Source: Meyerozyma guilliermondii (taxonomy: Eukaryota). From it: 64,000 bases of DNA. The stretch spans positions 186,001-250,000 of the forward strand of contig CP128821.1 of the NCBI GenBank assembly GCA_051546255.1, written 5' to 3'. Positions 48,862-59,843 of this stretch are shown here, in pieces (the stretch's first letter is position 1; each line of letters opens with the position of its first letter). The position numbers and the translations under genes were made by a program. Below the pieces are notes generated by a model that searched no databases, was not told the origin of the DNA, and saw only the letters and a program-made list of their open reading frames with translations.

Positions 48862-50505
48862 ATGTCACAACAAGAACTTGATTCGGGAGTTCAGACTCCC
48901 ATCAATAATGACTCTTTGTTAGTCAAAGATGACAAACCAGAAGAGGAAGAAGAAGCATTACCTACGTTGGACGACAGTGACAAGAAACATATTGCCGTTT
49001 CCATTTTCTGTCTTTTGATTGCGTTTGGTGGTTTCGTGTTTGGTTTCGATACCGGTACCATTTCCGGGTTTGTTAACATGCCTGACTTTAAGCAAAGATT
49101 CGGACAACTTGAACATGATGAATACACTTTGTCGAACGTCAGAACTGGTTTGATGGTTGCCATTTTCAACATTGGATGTGCTGTCGGTGGTATTTTCTTG
49201 TCCAAGGTGGCTGACATGTACGGAAGAAGAGTGGGACTTATGTTTTCCATGCTTATCTATGTGATTGGTATCATTGTGCAAATTTCGTCTCTGGATAAAT
49301 GGTACCAAATTTGTATTGGACGTGCCATTACTGGTTTGTCGGTTGGTATTGTTTCTGTGTTGTGTCCCTTGTTCATTGGTGAGTCTGCTCCCAAGAAATT
49401 GAGAGGTACTTTGGTGGTGGTTTTCCAGTTGTTCATCACATTGGGTATCTTTTTGGGTTACTGTACCACCTATGGAACAAAGACTTATGACGATTCGAGA
49501 CAGTGGAGAATTCCCTTGGGTTTGTGTTTCGCGTGGGCCATTCTTTTGGTTTCTGGTATGCTTTTGATGCCTGAATCTCCTCGTTACTTGATTGAAAAGA
49601 ACAAGATTGAAGAAGCTAAAAAGTCTATTGCCAGATCCAACTCTACCACCCCAGACAATCCCGCTGTCTACACTGAAGTGCAATTGATCCAAGCTGGTAT
49701 CGAGAGAGAAAAAATTGCTGGTAATGCTTCGTGGACTCAATTGATCACCGGTAAACCCAAGATTTTGTCAAGAGTTATTATGGGTATTATGTTGCAATCT
49801 TTGCAACAATTGACTGGTGACAACTACTTCTTCTACTATGGAACAACCATCTTCAAAGCTGTTGGTTTGCAAGATTCTTTCGAAACCTCGATTATTTTGG
49901 GTGTGGTCAACTTTGCTTCTACCTTCCTTGGTATCTATGTCATTGACCGTTACGGAAGAAGAAAGTGTTTGTTAACCGGTTCCGCGTGCATGTTTGTCTG
50001 TTTCATCATCTACTCGGTTTTGGGTTCGGTTAACTTGTACAACAATGGTTATGACGACTTGACTGATACCAACAAACCCACCGGAAATGCCATGATTTTC
50101 ATCACCTGTCTTTACATCTTTTTCTTTGCATCCACTTGGGCCGGTGGTGTGTTCTGTATCGTGTCTGAGAGTTACCCATTGAGAATCAGATCAAAAGCTA
50201 TGTCGGTGGCTACCGCAGCCAACTGGTTGTGGGGTTTCTTGATTTCGTTCTTCACTCCATTCATCACTTCGGCTATCCACTTTTACTATGGTTTTGTCTT
50301 TGCTGGGTGTTTGTTGTTCTCCTTCTTCTACGTCTTCTTCTTTGTCCGTGAGACCAAGGGTTTGACTTTGGAGGAAGTGGATGAATTGTACTCTCAAGAT
50401 GTGCTTCCATGGAAGTCATCTTCTTGGGTTCCTCCATCTGCCAAGCAAATGGCATTCGACATGGGATACGCCGAATCTCAAAAAGCAGAACAAGAACATA
50501 TTTAA
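48862..50505 (+). CDS. HXT/GAL2-type hexose transporter (sugar porter, MFS)
   Basis: [59 protein letters not shown]. Confidence 0.95.
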   Translation: MSQQELDSGVQTPINNDSLLVKDDKPEEEEEALPTLDDSDKKHIAVSIFCLLIAFGGFVFGFDTGTISGFVNMPDFKQRFGQLEHDEYTLSNVRTGLMVAIFNIGCAVGGIFLSKVADMYGRRVGLMFSMLIYVIGIIVQISSLDKWYQICIGRAITGLSVGIVSVLCPLFIGESAPKKLRGTLVVVFQLFITLGIFLGYCTTYGTKTYDDSRQWRIPLGLCFAWAILLVSGMLLMPESPRYLIEKNKIEEAKKSIARSNSTTPDNPAVYTEVQLIQAGIEREKIAGNASWTQLITGKPKILSRVIMGIMLQSLQQLTGDNYFFYYGTTIFKAVGLQDSFETSIILGVVNFASTFLGIYVIDRYGRRKCLLTGSACMFVCFIIYSVLGSVNLYNNGYDDLTDTNKPTGNAMIFITCLYIFFFASTWAGGVFCIVSESYPLRIRSKAMSVATAANWLWGFLISFFTPFITSAIHFYYGFVFAGCLLFSFFYVFFFVRETKGLTLEEVDELYSQDVLPWKSSSWVPPSAKQMAFDMGYAESQKAEQEHI

Positions 50506-51111
50506 TGATTTATGATAGGAATAGTATTCTTTTCGAAAGTAGACCGAAGTAGACTGAAGTTGACATCAATTGTAATGGTTGCGAATCGCCCAATCGGGTA
50601 ATTACCGACCAGATACCAGAAGCAAAACTCTATCACTTCACTCAGCACTCAGACTCCATTTATTTCCAGTTATCTCCTATTGTCTCCACTCATTATCAAT
50701 TCCACTTATCTCCGCTCAATTTCATTCAGTCTCACAATCTCATTAGTCTCCTCATTTTAATTCACTCTCACTAATATTTTCCTGTACCTATTTTACCGAG
50801 CCTATAACCGCACCCCACCGGAATAGGCTGGCGCGCGCCGTGAACATCCGACCTCGGCATTTCAAAATTGTTTGAAGTGTCGATCAAACAAATCTTTGCA
50901 GTTCCATACAACACTGAACCCATCACCATCTTCATGTCAACCCATGGTGAACACCTGGACTAAATCTCGGGTCTTCACGTGCATCCGCTCGCCCGAATTA
51001 TCGGAAGAAACAGGCTTATGTCAGCGGCGGTACAACACCGTTCCCCACTTCTGATTTCGGCCCACTACATATATAAGGCCACCGACCGTCGTACGCGGCA
51101 CGACAACGAGT

Positions 51112-51311
51112 GTAAGTATTATTTTCTGATTCTGAACCCAAATGTTTGTGAATTGGAGAGAGATGGTGTTCGACAGTTCGGGTCTGCGGATCATCTCATG
51201 ATGATTCATGGTATTGAGTCATCTGAAAAATTCGGAAAATTACTCAATATCAGCCGATAAATCACGAAAATTCTGTAATAATTCCTCTCATAATTTCTTG
51301 TATTAACCCAG
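51112..51311 (+). other. Probable spliceosomal intron in the 5' UTR of AAT1
   Basis: GTAAGT donor at 51112, TATTAAC branch point at 51301-51307, CAG acceptor ending at 51311 directly before the ATG; TATATAA at about 51070. Confidence 0.55.
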
Positions 51312-52592
51312 ATGCTTAGAGCCAGATTGCAATTTCGCACCTTCTCCTCTGCTTCCAGAGTGGCCAAGTGGGCCGAGATCCCTTTGGCGCCTCCAGACAA
51401 AATTTTGGGAATCAGTGAAGCTTATGTCAAAGATACCAACTCCAACAAGATCAACTTGGGTGTTGGAGCTTACAGAGACAACGCTGGGAAGCCAATCATT
51501 TTCCCATCGGTGAAACAAGCTGAGAAGTCATTGTTGGAGACGGAAACCGAAAAAGAGTATACCGGTATCATCGGTAACAAAAATTTCCAAAATATTGTCA
51601 AGAACTTTATCTTTAACAATTCTGACAAGGACGCAAATGGTGCTCAATTGATCAAGGATGGACGTATTGTGTCATCTCAAACCATCTCTGGAACTGGTTC
51701 GTTGAGGGTTATTGCTGAATTCTTGAACAGATTCTACTCGGCCAAGAAGATCTATGTCCCAAAACCTACTTGGGCCAACCACATTGCCGTCTTTTCTGAT
51801 GCTGGTCTTACCGCTGAGTACTATGCGTACTACAACACCTCCAAGAATGACTTGGACTACGAACAATTGAAGCAGAGTTTAAACAATGCCGACAACGAAT
51901 CGGTGGTTTTGCTTCATGCTTGTTGCCACAACCCTACCGGTATGGACTTGACCTCCGAGCAATGGGACGAGGTGTTGCAGATCATCCAGCAGAGAAAATT
52001 GTTCCCATTGATCGACATGGCTTACCAAGGATTTGCCTCGGGTAGTCCATATGAGGACATTGGATTGGTGCGTAAAATGACCAAATTGACTGCCGAAGGT
52101 AAGCTCTCGTCTTTTGCCTTGTGTCAATCGTTTGCCAAGAACATGGGATTGTACGGTGAAAGAACCGGTTCCATCTCCATAGTCACTGAGTCCAAAGACC
52201 AAGCTACTGCTATTGAGTCACAATTGAAAAAATTGATCAGACCAATGTACTCCTCTCCTCCAATCCACGGGTCCAAGATTGTCGAGACCATCTTTTCCAA
52301 CCAGGACTTGTTCCAATCGTGGTTGACCGACTTGGACAAAGTTGTGGGAAGATTGAATGGTGTTAGAAGCAAGTTGTATGAAAAATTGGACAAGTCCAAC
52401 TACAACTGGGACCACTTGATGAAGCAAAGAGGTATGTTTGTGTACACCGGGTTGTCGGCCGAGCAGGTGATTGAGTTGAGAGAAAAGTATTCCGTTTATG
52501 CTACTGAAGACGGACGGTTCTCGATTTCCGGTATCAACGACAACAACGTCGACTACTTGGCCGATGCTATTAATAAGGTTGTGAACAAGTAA
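51312..52592 (+). CDS. AAT1: Mitochondrial aspartate aminotransferase
   Basis: Arg/Ser-rich presequence (MLRARLQFRTFSSASRV), INLGVGAYRD, HACCHNPTG, DMAYQGF, SFAKNMGLYGER (PLP Lys). Confidence 0.93.
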   Translation: MLRARLQFRTFSSASRVAKWAEIPLAPPDKILGISEAYVKDTNSNKINLGVGAYRDNAGKPIIFPSVKQAEKSLLETETEKEYTGIIGNKNFQNIVKNFIFNNSDKDANGAQLIKDGRIVSSQTISGTGSLRVIAEFLNRFYSAKKIYVPKPTWANHIAVFSDAGLTAEYYAYYNTSKNDLDYEQLKQSLNNADNESVVLLHACCHNPTGMDLTSEQWDEVLQIIQQRKLFPLIDMAYQGFASGSPYEDIGLVRKMTKLTAEGKLSSFALCQSFAKNMGLYGERTGSISIVTESKDQATAIESQLKKLIRPMYSSPPIHGSKIVETIFSNQDLFQSWLTDLDKVVGRLNGVRSKLYEKLDKSNYNWDHLMKQRGMFVYTGLSAEQVIELREKYSVYATEDGRFSISGINDNNVDYLADAINKVVNK

Positions 52593-52819
52593 TAGAGTAA
52601 CTAATATAATATGGCTACGAAAAAGAAAGATGGGCTACTTTATCTATTTACGAATAGTAGCCCCACTATTATATATTTACGAATTGACTCCGAAGGTCGC
52701 TCCGGTCCCCTCAGAATGTTCCCCGACCCCAACAGCAACGCACCCCAACACCAGCGGCCTCTCTCCACTTCGAATTCCTACTCTTCTTGTGTGACTTGCT
52801 CAATTGCGTCGAATTAGTA

Positions 52820-54484
52820 ATGTCTGTACAAACCGTGTCCACCACTCCCTTTGGGGACCAGAAACCAGGTACTTCGGGCTTGAGAAAAAGAGTCAAAGTT
52901 TTTCAACAAGAACACTATACTGAGAACTTTATTCAGGCCATTTTAGATGCCATTCCCGAGGGTGCCAATGGCTCTGCTTTGGTCATTGGAGGTGATGGTC
53001 GGTACTACAACGACCATGTGATCCAGCTCATCACCAGAATTGCTGCTGCTAATGGAGTGAAAAAATTGATAATTGGAAAAGATGGCATTCTCTCCACCCC
53101 CGCAACTTCCCATGTCATCAGAATCAGAAAGGCTACTGGTGGGATTATTTTAACGGCTTCCCACAACCCAGGAGGCCCAAATAACGATCTTGGAATCAAG
53201 TACAACTTGAGTAATGGCGGTCCAGCTCCAGAATCTGTTACCAATAAGATCTTCGAGGTTTCCAAGAATCTCAAAAGTTACAAGATCAGCGATGTTGGTT
53301 CTGTCGATCTTGGTTCAATTGGCACCCAGACCTTGGGTTCCATCGAGGTGGAGATCATTGACTCCACAGCAGACTACGTGGCAATGTTGAAAGATATTTT
53401 CGACTTTCCATTGATCAAATCTTTCCTCAACAAGGACAAGGATTTCAAGTTACTTTTCGATGCCTTGAACGGTGTCACAGGACCCTACGGCTACAAGATC
53501 TTTGTGGAAGAGTTGGGGTTGCCAGAGTCGAGCGTTCAGAACTTTGAGCCAAAACCTGACTTTGGTGGCTTGCATCCTGATCCCAACTTGACCTATGCCA
53601 GAACTTTAGTGGACAGAGTCGACAAGGAAAATATTGCGTTTGGTGCCGCTTCCGATGGTGACGGTGACAGAAACATGATCTACGGCGCTGGAACGTTTGT
53701 TTCTCCTGGAGATTCCGTTGCGATAATTGCCGAATATGCTGATTTCATTCCTTATTTCGAGAAAAACGGAGTCTTTGGTTTGGCCCGGTCCATGCCCACG
53801 TCCGGTGCTTTGGACCTCGTTGCCAAGGACAAAAAGTTGAATGTGTACGAAGTGCCTACGGGGTGGAAATTCTTCTGTTCTTTGTTTGATGCTAACAAAT
53901 TGTCTATTTGTGGAGAGGAATCGTTTGGTACGGGTTCCAACCACATCCGTGAAAAAGATGGTCTTTGGGCCATCGTTGCCTGGTTGAATGTTTTGGCTGG
54001 CTTTAACAAATTGCACCCTGAAGCGTCTGCATCCATCAAACTGGTTCAGGATTTGTTCTGGGAAAAATACGGAAGAACTTTCTTCACGAGATACGACTTC
54101 GAAGAAGTACCTTCTGACGGTGCTAACAAGCTCGTGTCGTTATTGCAATCTATAGTTGATGAAAACAAGGAAGGAACCGAGTTAGCACCAGGCTACGTTG
54201 TTCAAGAAGGTGCAAACTTCTCCTACACTGATTTGGATGGGTCGGTATCCTCCAACCAGGGATTGTTCATCAAGTTCAAAAATGGTTTACGTATCATTGT
54301 CAGATTGTCTGGCACAGGTTCTTCTGGAGCCACGGTCAGATTGTACTTGGAGAAACATTCTAGTGACAAATCCGTCGCCAACACTCCGGTCGATACCTAC
54401 TTGAAAGACGACATCGATTTCGTTCTCAAGCTTTTGAAATTCAAAGAGCATTTGGGTAAGGACGAGCCCGATGTGAAGACATGA
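52820..54484 (+). CDS. PGM2: Phosphoglucomutase
   Basis: DQKPGTSGLRK, TASHNPGG, DGDGDR, CGEESFG, RLSGTGSSGATVR; ATG 52820. Confidence 0.95.
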   Translation: MSVQTVSTTPFGDQKPGTSGLRKRVKVFQQEHYTENFIQAILDAIPEGANGSALVIGGDGRYYNDHVIQLITRIAAANGVKKLIIGKDGILSTPATSHVIRIRKATGGIILTASHNPGGPNNDLGIKYNLSNGGPAPESVTNKIFEVSKNLKSYKISDVGSVDLGSIGTQTLGSIEVEIIDSTADYVAMLKDIFDFPLIKSFLNKDKDFKLLFDALNGVTGPYGYKIFVEELGLPESSVQNFEPKPDFGGLHPDPNLTYARTLVDRVDKENIAFGAASDGDGDRNMIYGAGTFVSPGDSVAIIAEYADFIPYFEKNGVFGLARSMPTSGALDLVAKDKKLNVYEVPTGWKFFCSLFDANKLSICGEESFGTGSNHIREKDGLWAIVAWLNVLAGFNKLHPEASASIKLVQDLFWEKYGRTFFTRYDFEEVPSDGANKLVSLLQSIVDENKEGTELAPGYVVQEGANFSYTDLDGSVSSNQGLFIKFKNGLRIIVRLSGTGSSGATVRLYLEKHSSDKSVANTPVDTYLKDDIDFVLKLLKFKEHLGKDEPDVKT

Positions 54485-54563
54485 TGCCAAGTACTAGATA
54501 CTGTTTATTGGTTTGTTCCCATCATAAATACAACGCACTATATCCTTCATAGGCTTTTTTGTT

Positions 54564-56102
54564 CTAAGCGAACTTTGATCTTTTGCTTTCATTATCTCTG
54601 GCTCCCATGATCTCTTCAAGGCGGCGCTTCATGGAGTTTTCTCTCAACCGAGCTGCCTGCTCCATGGCTTCCAACTCCATGATTCTGGTTCTGTACAAGT
54701 CGTTGACAAGCTCCAATTCGGAAATACGGGTCTTTAGTAATGTGACATCTTCGCCATTGGCTCCGCTATTAGACGACCTCTTGTCCTTATCATCTCCCGA
54801 GTTACCGTCCAGTCCATTATCGTCGTTTTGTCTGTTGGACTTATTTGGTTTTCCTGCTGAAGAATCTCCTTTTTCATTCGAACTTTCGTTTCGAAGGCTG
54901 TTAATACCAGGCAAAGAACTTCCATCCTGGCGACCGAGCGAGCTGAAGCTACTAGGCAAATGAGGAAGCGAAGGCTTGGAACTGGCCAGATTTTGGAGAG
55001 GTGGTAATGATGTCAGAGACGTCTCTGGCGAGTGGTTGTGGGAGTGAATATTGGAGGATAACGACGACAGGGGTGTGCTGTGTGGAGGGGTCTTGTTTGC
55101 CGAGTTTTGGCTGTTCATAGCAAACTGAGGACCGAACGAAGGTGAGGAAACTGTCTTGGCAGGAGTGGCCGAGTTGTTATTCGAAACAATCGATGGAAGT
55201 TTTGGAGGAAGGCTCAGAGAGCCGTTTTGGGAGCTGAGGGCCGCGATGAGTGGAGGAGATTCCTTTTTCAACGAGTCGTAACGTTCATTATTCATTAATG
55301 AGAAACCAGTTGCATGGGGCCGTGAAGTCTTTTGGAATGAAGCGCTGGGACCAAGTTCATTAGACATGTTTTCGAGCGCTCCAGCAGCTTGTACAGCGCT
55401 CAAGGTACCATTTGTGGAAGCCGACGAAGGCTTTGAATTCTCACGGGCATTGCTAAGTGAAGAAGTAGTAGAAAGCAAGAGCGGTGATGTTATTCTTTGC
55501 AATCCTGGAGCAAACTGCGTTGGAGTGGAAGATGGATAATGTAAGGGTTGTACTTGGTGAGTTAAGTGTTGCGACAAGTGCTGGTTGTAATTCAAAGGAG
55601 TGTTGAACGCACCGTTGGAACCCGTGAACGACTTGGACCCAGAAGCTGGGAGAAGAGGTGTCAACATTCCACCATCGGATTGTTGTCCATTCACCGGAGT
55701 GGGCGAGCGTTTTTTGGGTTTGGGTGACTTCTTGCCACTGCCATTCAAACTGGGTAATTTACTGTCCTTGGATTTGAGTTCTGGGGTGTTAGGACCCGAC
55801 GATTTCGTCGAGTTGGGTTGTTTTATCCGGTTCCGAGACTTGATCGTGTCTGTCTTCAAAGATATAGGACGAGGGCGCCCGTGCAACTTGAGAAACAACC
55901 CACAAGCATTACACAACACTTGACCGGTTTCGTCTCTTCTCCAAAGCGGTGTGGTCTGGGTTTTGCAGTTTCGACACACCGGCGTAGATATGTTAGTCTT
56001 GGACGTGGTGGTCCCATTATTCATGTGGGTGGTTGACTTTGCGTTGGGATGCACCGGGTTTGTTGGTGGAACTGCAGCGGGAAGCCGTTCGATCTGGTTC
56101 AT
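54564..56102 (-). CDS. GZF3: GATA zinc-finger repressor with C-terminal leucine zipper (Gzf3/Dal80)
   Basis: [33 protein letters not shown] and [16 protein letters not shown]. Confidence 0.9.
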   Translation of the reverse strand: MNQIERLPAAVPPTNPVHPNAKSTTHMNNGTTTSKTNISTPVCRNCKTQTTPLWRRDETGQVLCNACGLFLKLHGRPRPISLKTDTIKSRNRIKQPNSTKSSGPNTPELKSKDSKLPSLNGSGKKSPKPKKRSPTPVNGQQSDGGMLTPLLPASGSKSFTGSNGAFNTPLNYNQHLSQHLTHQVQPLHYPSSTPTQFAPGLQRITSPLLLSTTSSLSNARENSKPSSASTNGTLSAVQAAGALENMSNELGPSASFQKTSRPHATGFSLMNNERYDSLKKESPPLIAALSSQNGSLSLPPKLPSIVSNNNSATPAKTVSSPSFGPQFAMNSQNSANKTPPHSTPLSSLSSNIHSHNHSPETSLTSLPPLQNLASSKPSLPHLPSSFSSLGRQDGSSLPGINSLRNESSNEKGDSSAGKPNKSNRQNDDNGLDGNSGDDKDKRSSNSGANGEDVTLLKTRISELELVNDLYRTRIMELEAMEQAARLRENSMKRRLEEIMGARDNESKRSKFA

Positions 56103-56267
56103 TTTTATCGATTGCTAAGTGAAAATTTCAAAAAGTGGGACGACAACGTGACGACAGCTTTGGGCAAAAGAATCGAGCTAGCTTCAAGAAAGTGGCAATT
56201 TGATGTATCCGATACACCGGTGAGATAGTATTAGCAGCAAAATAGCGTTCTGATCGTTTTTTACCCG

Positions 56268-56531
56268 CTTTATCAACGCCGTAATCAAGAATTTCAAATC
56301 TGTGTGGGCGATAAAAATGTCAACAAGCGAGGTTAAACAATTGAAAGTGGGTTTTAATCGCTTCTAAGGTATTAGACAGTACGGAAAATGGCTAATAAGG
56401 ACTGAATTGCACCTTTTAAAAAATTTGTTGTCTTATCTGATAAAAATTTTCCTTTATCAATGGGACTGTATCAGTGGAAATTTTTTTGGACTCGTCGCAT
56501 TTGTGTCCCTGCTTATGTAACCGAAGATAAG
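56268..56531. promoter_or_regulatory. Cluster of GATAA sites in the GZF3 promoter
   Basis: TTATC about 56270, GATAAA 56310, CTTATCTGATAA 56432-56443, TTATC about 56454, GATAAG 56526. Confidence 0.55.
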
Positions 56532-56628
56532 GCATTATACCAATGCCGAACGGTGCCCAAAGTGAGCCAAATTTTCCTTACATAAGCGGTCGATATTTTC
56601 TCAAGACTTTTGAAAAAAGGTTGAAGCC

Positions 56629-57564
56629 ATGATGAGAATCGGGGTCCGTTTCTTCGGTATGAGTGCTGCTCTTCGGGCAGTTGCTCCACAGAAGGTTGTT
56701 CCTTCGATAGCGGCAAAGCAATTCATTCCCCAGGATGCCGCAAGATCCAAAATTAGGTCGCTCAAGCGTCGTGAAAATCGACTCAAGCGTCAAATTATTC
56801 GTGATGTCAACAACCTTAAAAAGCATAATCTTGAAAATGTCAAGTTCCAGGTGGATCCGGTTTTGGGAGACGCTTCCAATTCGTTTGTAAAAAGGATTAG
56901 AGAACAGATAGATGACCAAAATAATTTGGCTTATGGATATCTGAGAGAAGAGTTTGAAAAATTATTGTATGGAGCAGAGAAGGCTGGATTGGACAAGGGG
57001 GTGATGGGCAACCCTGTGTTGTATGACTCACTCAAGGCGACGGCGGAGCGTAAAAGAAGGGCCCTTTTGACCATTTTGCATGTTAAAAACACCAATGTTG
57101 CCGACAAGAAAAAGATGGCGGTGAAACTTGCACGAGAAGAATTCCAGAGACAAGAAGGAGATACCGGATCTGCCGAGGTCCAGGCTGCGGTTTTGACAGC
57201 TCGTATTCATTTTGGCATGGACCATGTTCGTACATTTCCTAAGGACAAGGCACACTTACAAAGAGTGAGAGAAATGGTTCAACAACGGCAAAAAATGCTC
57301 AAGTATCTTAAGGCAGATGACCCTGAAAGATACTACTATGCTATCGCAAAATTGGGTTTGACAGACGATGTTGTGACCCGGGAATTCAACATGGATAGAA
57401 AGTACTTGCAAGAGTACAAGGTGTGGGGAGACAAGCAACTTGTCAAGTTGTCGGACAAGCAAAAGAGAAAGGAACAGCAATTCACCGAGTTGCAGAAGAG
57501 GGTTGTTGGATACAACCAATTGACCAAGAAAAACTTCGAGCAGATCTCAGGCATGAAGAAATGA
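56629..57564 (+). CDS. MRPS28: Mitochondrial ribosomal protein uS15m
   Basis: Presequence plus S15 motif FQRQEGDTGSAEVQAAVLTARI...VQQRQKMLKYLK. Confidence 0.9.
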   Translation: MMRIGVRFFGMSAALRAVAPQKVVPSIAAKQFIPQDAARSKIRSLKRRENRLKRQIIRDVNNLKKHNLENVKFQVDPVLGDASNSFVKRIREQIDDQNNLAYGYLREEFEKLLYGAEKAGLDKGVMGNPVLYDSLKATAERKRRALLTILHVKNTNVADKKKMAVKLAREEFQRQEGDTGSAEVQAAVLTARIHFGMDHVRTFPKDKAHLQRVREMVQQRQKMLKYLKADDPERYYYAIAKLGLTDDVVTREFNMDRKYLQEYKVWGDKQLVKLSDKQKRKEQQFTELQKRVVGYNQLTKKNFEQISGMKK

Positions 57565-57826
57565 ACATGTATATAGTAATGAGAATGCAGAGCAGAGGCA
57601 CAGTTTACACTGGTAGAGGCTTATTAATACTTTGTATTAGAGCCCTTGATGTAATGACTCTTGGTGTAATCAGATCCTGAATGGATCATCAGTCTTGTTG
57701 GTCACTTCTTGAATGAACCATCACGTTATGTGATTCGTAAATATAATTGTCAATTTTGAATGACTATCAGTCTTGAACGTAATTATGACTCTAGTATCAT
57801 AGTTCTTCTGAAGTTTAGTCATTCTT

Positions 57827-58408
57827 CTAGTATTCGTTGGTTAATGCGTTCGCCAAATCGTCAACTTTTGCATCTTCCTTCATCGCTTCGATGTCGCGGC
57901 CCAAGCTTGCAATCAGGGCATTTATATCGTTTTTTATGTCGTTTCCCTCTTTCGCGAGGCTCATTAATTCATCGTGAAGTTCCTGGTTATCAGCACACAA
58001 CTGATTGTATATTATGCTCAACGTGTCTGCCGATTGCTTTCGAGTACTCACCAAGCTGGCATCGATCAATTCGTCCGGTGTGAGCATATCTATGGGAATA
58101 CGAGTGTCTCCATCGTACTGTCGTCTGTGGGCAGCTTCGACTATTTCGTCCAATTCGTCCAATTTTGAAGCCAAATTTCGTTCCTTGAATATTAAGGCAA
58201 ACTCCTCGAGTGATTTGCTCTGCCAGAAATCGATAATTTGGCTCCGGGCCATTTCTAGTAGACGTACACCGTCGCTCGATGAAGATATTATGGGGTAACA
58301 TTTCTTGATCTGGTCTATAGATAATCCTTTTTTGATTGACTGGTCTAGCGCCTTTTGACTGACGAGCTTGAGTCTCTCGTATCGTATCTTTTCTGCGGAA
58401 CTGGCCAT
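57827..58408 (-). CDS. NNF1: MIND/Mis12 kinetochore complex subunit
   Basis: IRYERLKLV..KAL, CYP, EFALIFKERNLASKLDELD, LTPDELI; ATG 58408. Confidence 0.85.
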   Translation of the reverse strand: MASSAEKIRYERLKLVSQKALDQSIKKGLSIDQIKKCYPIISSSSDGVRLLEMARSQIIDFWQSKSLEEFALIFKERNLASKLDELDEIVEAAHRRQYDGDTRIPIDMLTPDELIDASLVSTRKQSADTLSIIYNQLCADNQELHDELMSLAKEGNDIKNDINALIASLGRDIEAMKEDAKVDDLANALTNEY

Positions 58409-58525
58409 TTGGTAATTGTTGCAATCGCTATTTGTTTTGTATCGCATCTGCGATTTACTTTTCGGTGCACGGGTGTATTTTCACACCTTGCCTTCATTCT
58501 CAACTATCGTGTTAAACCACCCATT

Positions 58526-59410
58526 ATGAGTGATCCAAGCAGTCTCATTCAGCAAGCTGAAAAGCTCACCAAACCCCAGCTGGGGTTCTTTCTGATGTTT
58601 TCCGGGTCGTCTCTGTCATATAGACTCGAAGAAGCTACCGATTTATACGTTCAAGCTGCTAACCAGTACCGGTTAAAGAAGGATTTCGAACGGGCCGGCC
58701 AACAATTTGTCAAGGCAGCCGACCTCCAGAAGAGTCTTTCGAACCACAACGACGTGGCAAACCATTTGATAGAAGCTTACAAGTGCTACAAGGGTGTAAA
58801 TGTCCAGGGGGCCATCGAAGCGTTGTCGCAAGCAATTCACATATTCTTGACCCAAAATGGTCAATTTAGGCGTGCTGCCAACTTCACGTTGGACTTGGGA
58901 GAGTTATACGAGCTGAATGGCGACGTCCCAAATGCAATTAGCAGCTACGAAAAGGCTGGAGACTACTTTGACACCGACCATGCTGAGGCTCTTTCCAATA
59001 AGGCCTACCTCAAATGTGCCGACTTGAGTGCTTTGCAAGGGGATTATAAGAGAGCAGTGGAGTTGTACGAGAAGATCATCAAGAACTCGTTGGGGAACAA
59101 CTTGACTAAGTGGAACTTGAAGGACTATTTCTTGAAGACATTGTTATGTGTTTTGTGTCAAGACGACTTGATAGAAGCCCAGAAAAAGTGCGAGAATTTC
59201 TCCACCGAGGAACCTACGTGGTCCACCACCAGAGAATACAAGTTGATTCAAGACATATTCGATGCCATGGACCAGGGGGATGTCCAGGCGTTCTCTGACA
59301 GGGTATTTGAATACGACCAGTTTAGCAAGCTCGACAAGCTCAAGACGCAATTATTGTTGAAGATCAAAGGTCTGGTCGATAAAGATGACGACGAAATGGA
59401 TTTATTATAG
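58526..59410 (+). CDS. SEC17: Alpha-SNAP
   Basis: MSDP..LIQQAEK, YRLEEATDLYVQAAN, GQFRRAANF, EYDQFSKLDK, C-terminal MDLL; no intron. Confidence 0.95.
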   Translation: MSDPSSLIQQAEKLTKPQLGFFLMFSGSSLSYRLEEATDLYVQAANQYRLKKDFERAGQQFVKAADLQKSLSNHNDVANHLIEAYKCYKGVNVQGAIEALSQAIHIFLTQNGQFRRAANFTLDLGELYELNGDVPNAISSYEKAGDYFDTDHAEALSNKAYLKCADLSALQGDYKRAVELYEKIIKNSLGNNLTKWNLKDYFLKTLLCVLCQDDLIEAQKKCENFSTEEPTWSTTREYKLIQDIFDAMDQGDVQAFSDRVFEYDQFSKLDKLKTQLLLKIKGLVDKDDDEMDLL

Positions 59411-59843
59411 GCAAAAGTCCAACTTCCACACATAACGGCAATGCAAATAACTAACGACCAATAACCTGTCTTCGTATCTGAGACTTTGCTATCGCCTGCA
59501 CCGCCCCAATCGGGCAGTTGGCGTACCCCACAACCAGCGCGCATTCTTTTTCCGCCCCAACTATCTATCATTCTGTTCGCAAATACATGCGATTTTTATC
59601 CGTAACGATCCACTTGATATTTAGATAAGAAACATGTATCGCTAAAAACGCTACCTGGACTATAACCGGGTATGCGGGTATCTGTCTTATCGGATTTATG
59701 TCTTGACCGTTCTCGCCAACCGTAATTTAGATAAGTCCATCTTAATAAGGAAAGTGATTGCGTCCATGCAGCCAAGGTTGATTGTCCTGGAAGCGAGGCT
59801 CATAAATAGAACGAAGAACCATGGTTGATCCAATATTTCCATT

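Noticed and set aside
48958..49740. 260-aa antisense ORF in the hexose transporter (similar ones in SIT1, RRP5, PGM)
   Set aside because: Expected by-product of codon bias on the sense strand.
51198..51226. ATGATGA...CTGA as a C/D-box snoRNA within the AAT1 intron
   Set aside because: The boxes are under 20 nt apart, too short for a snoRNA, and I saw no terminal stem or rRNA-complementary guide.
48862..54484. Hexose transporter plus PGM as a GAL-type cluster
   Set aside because: AAT1 lies between them; no GAL1/7/10 here and no CGG-N11-CCG site found in the PGM promoter.
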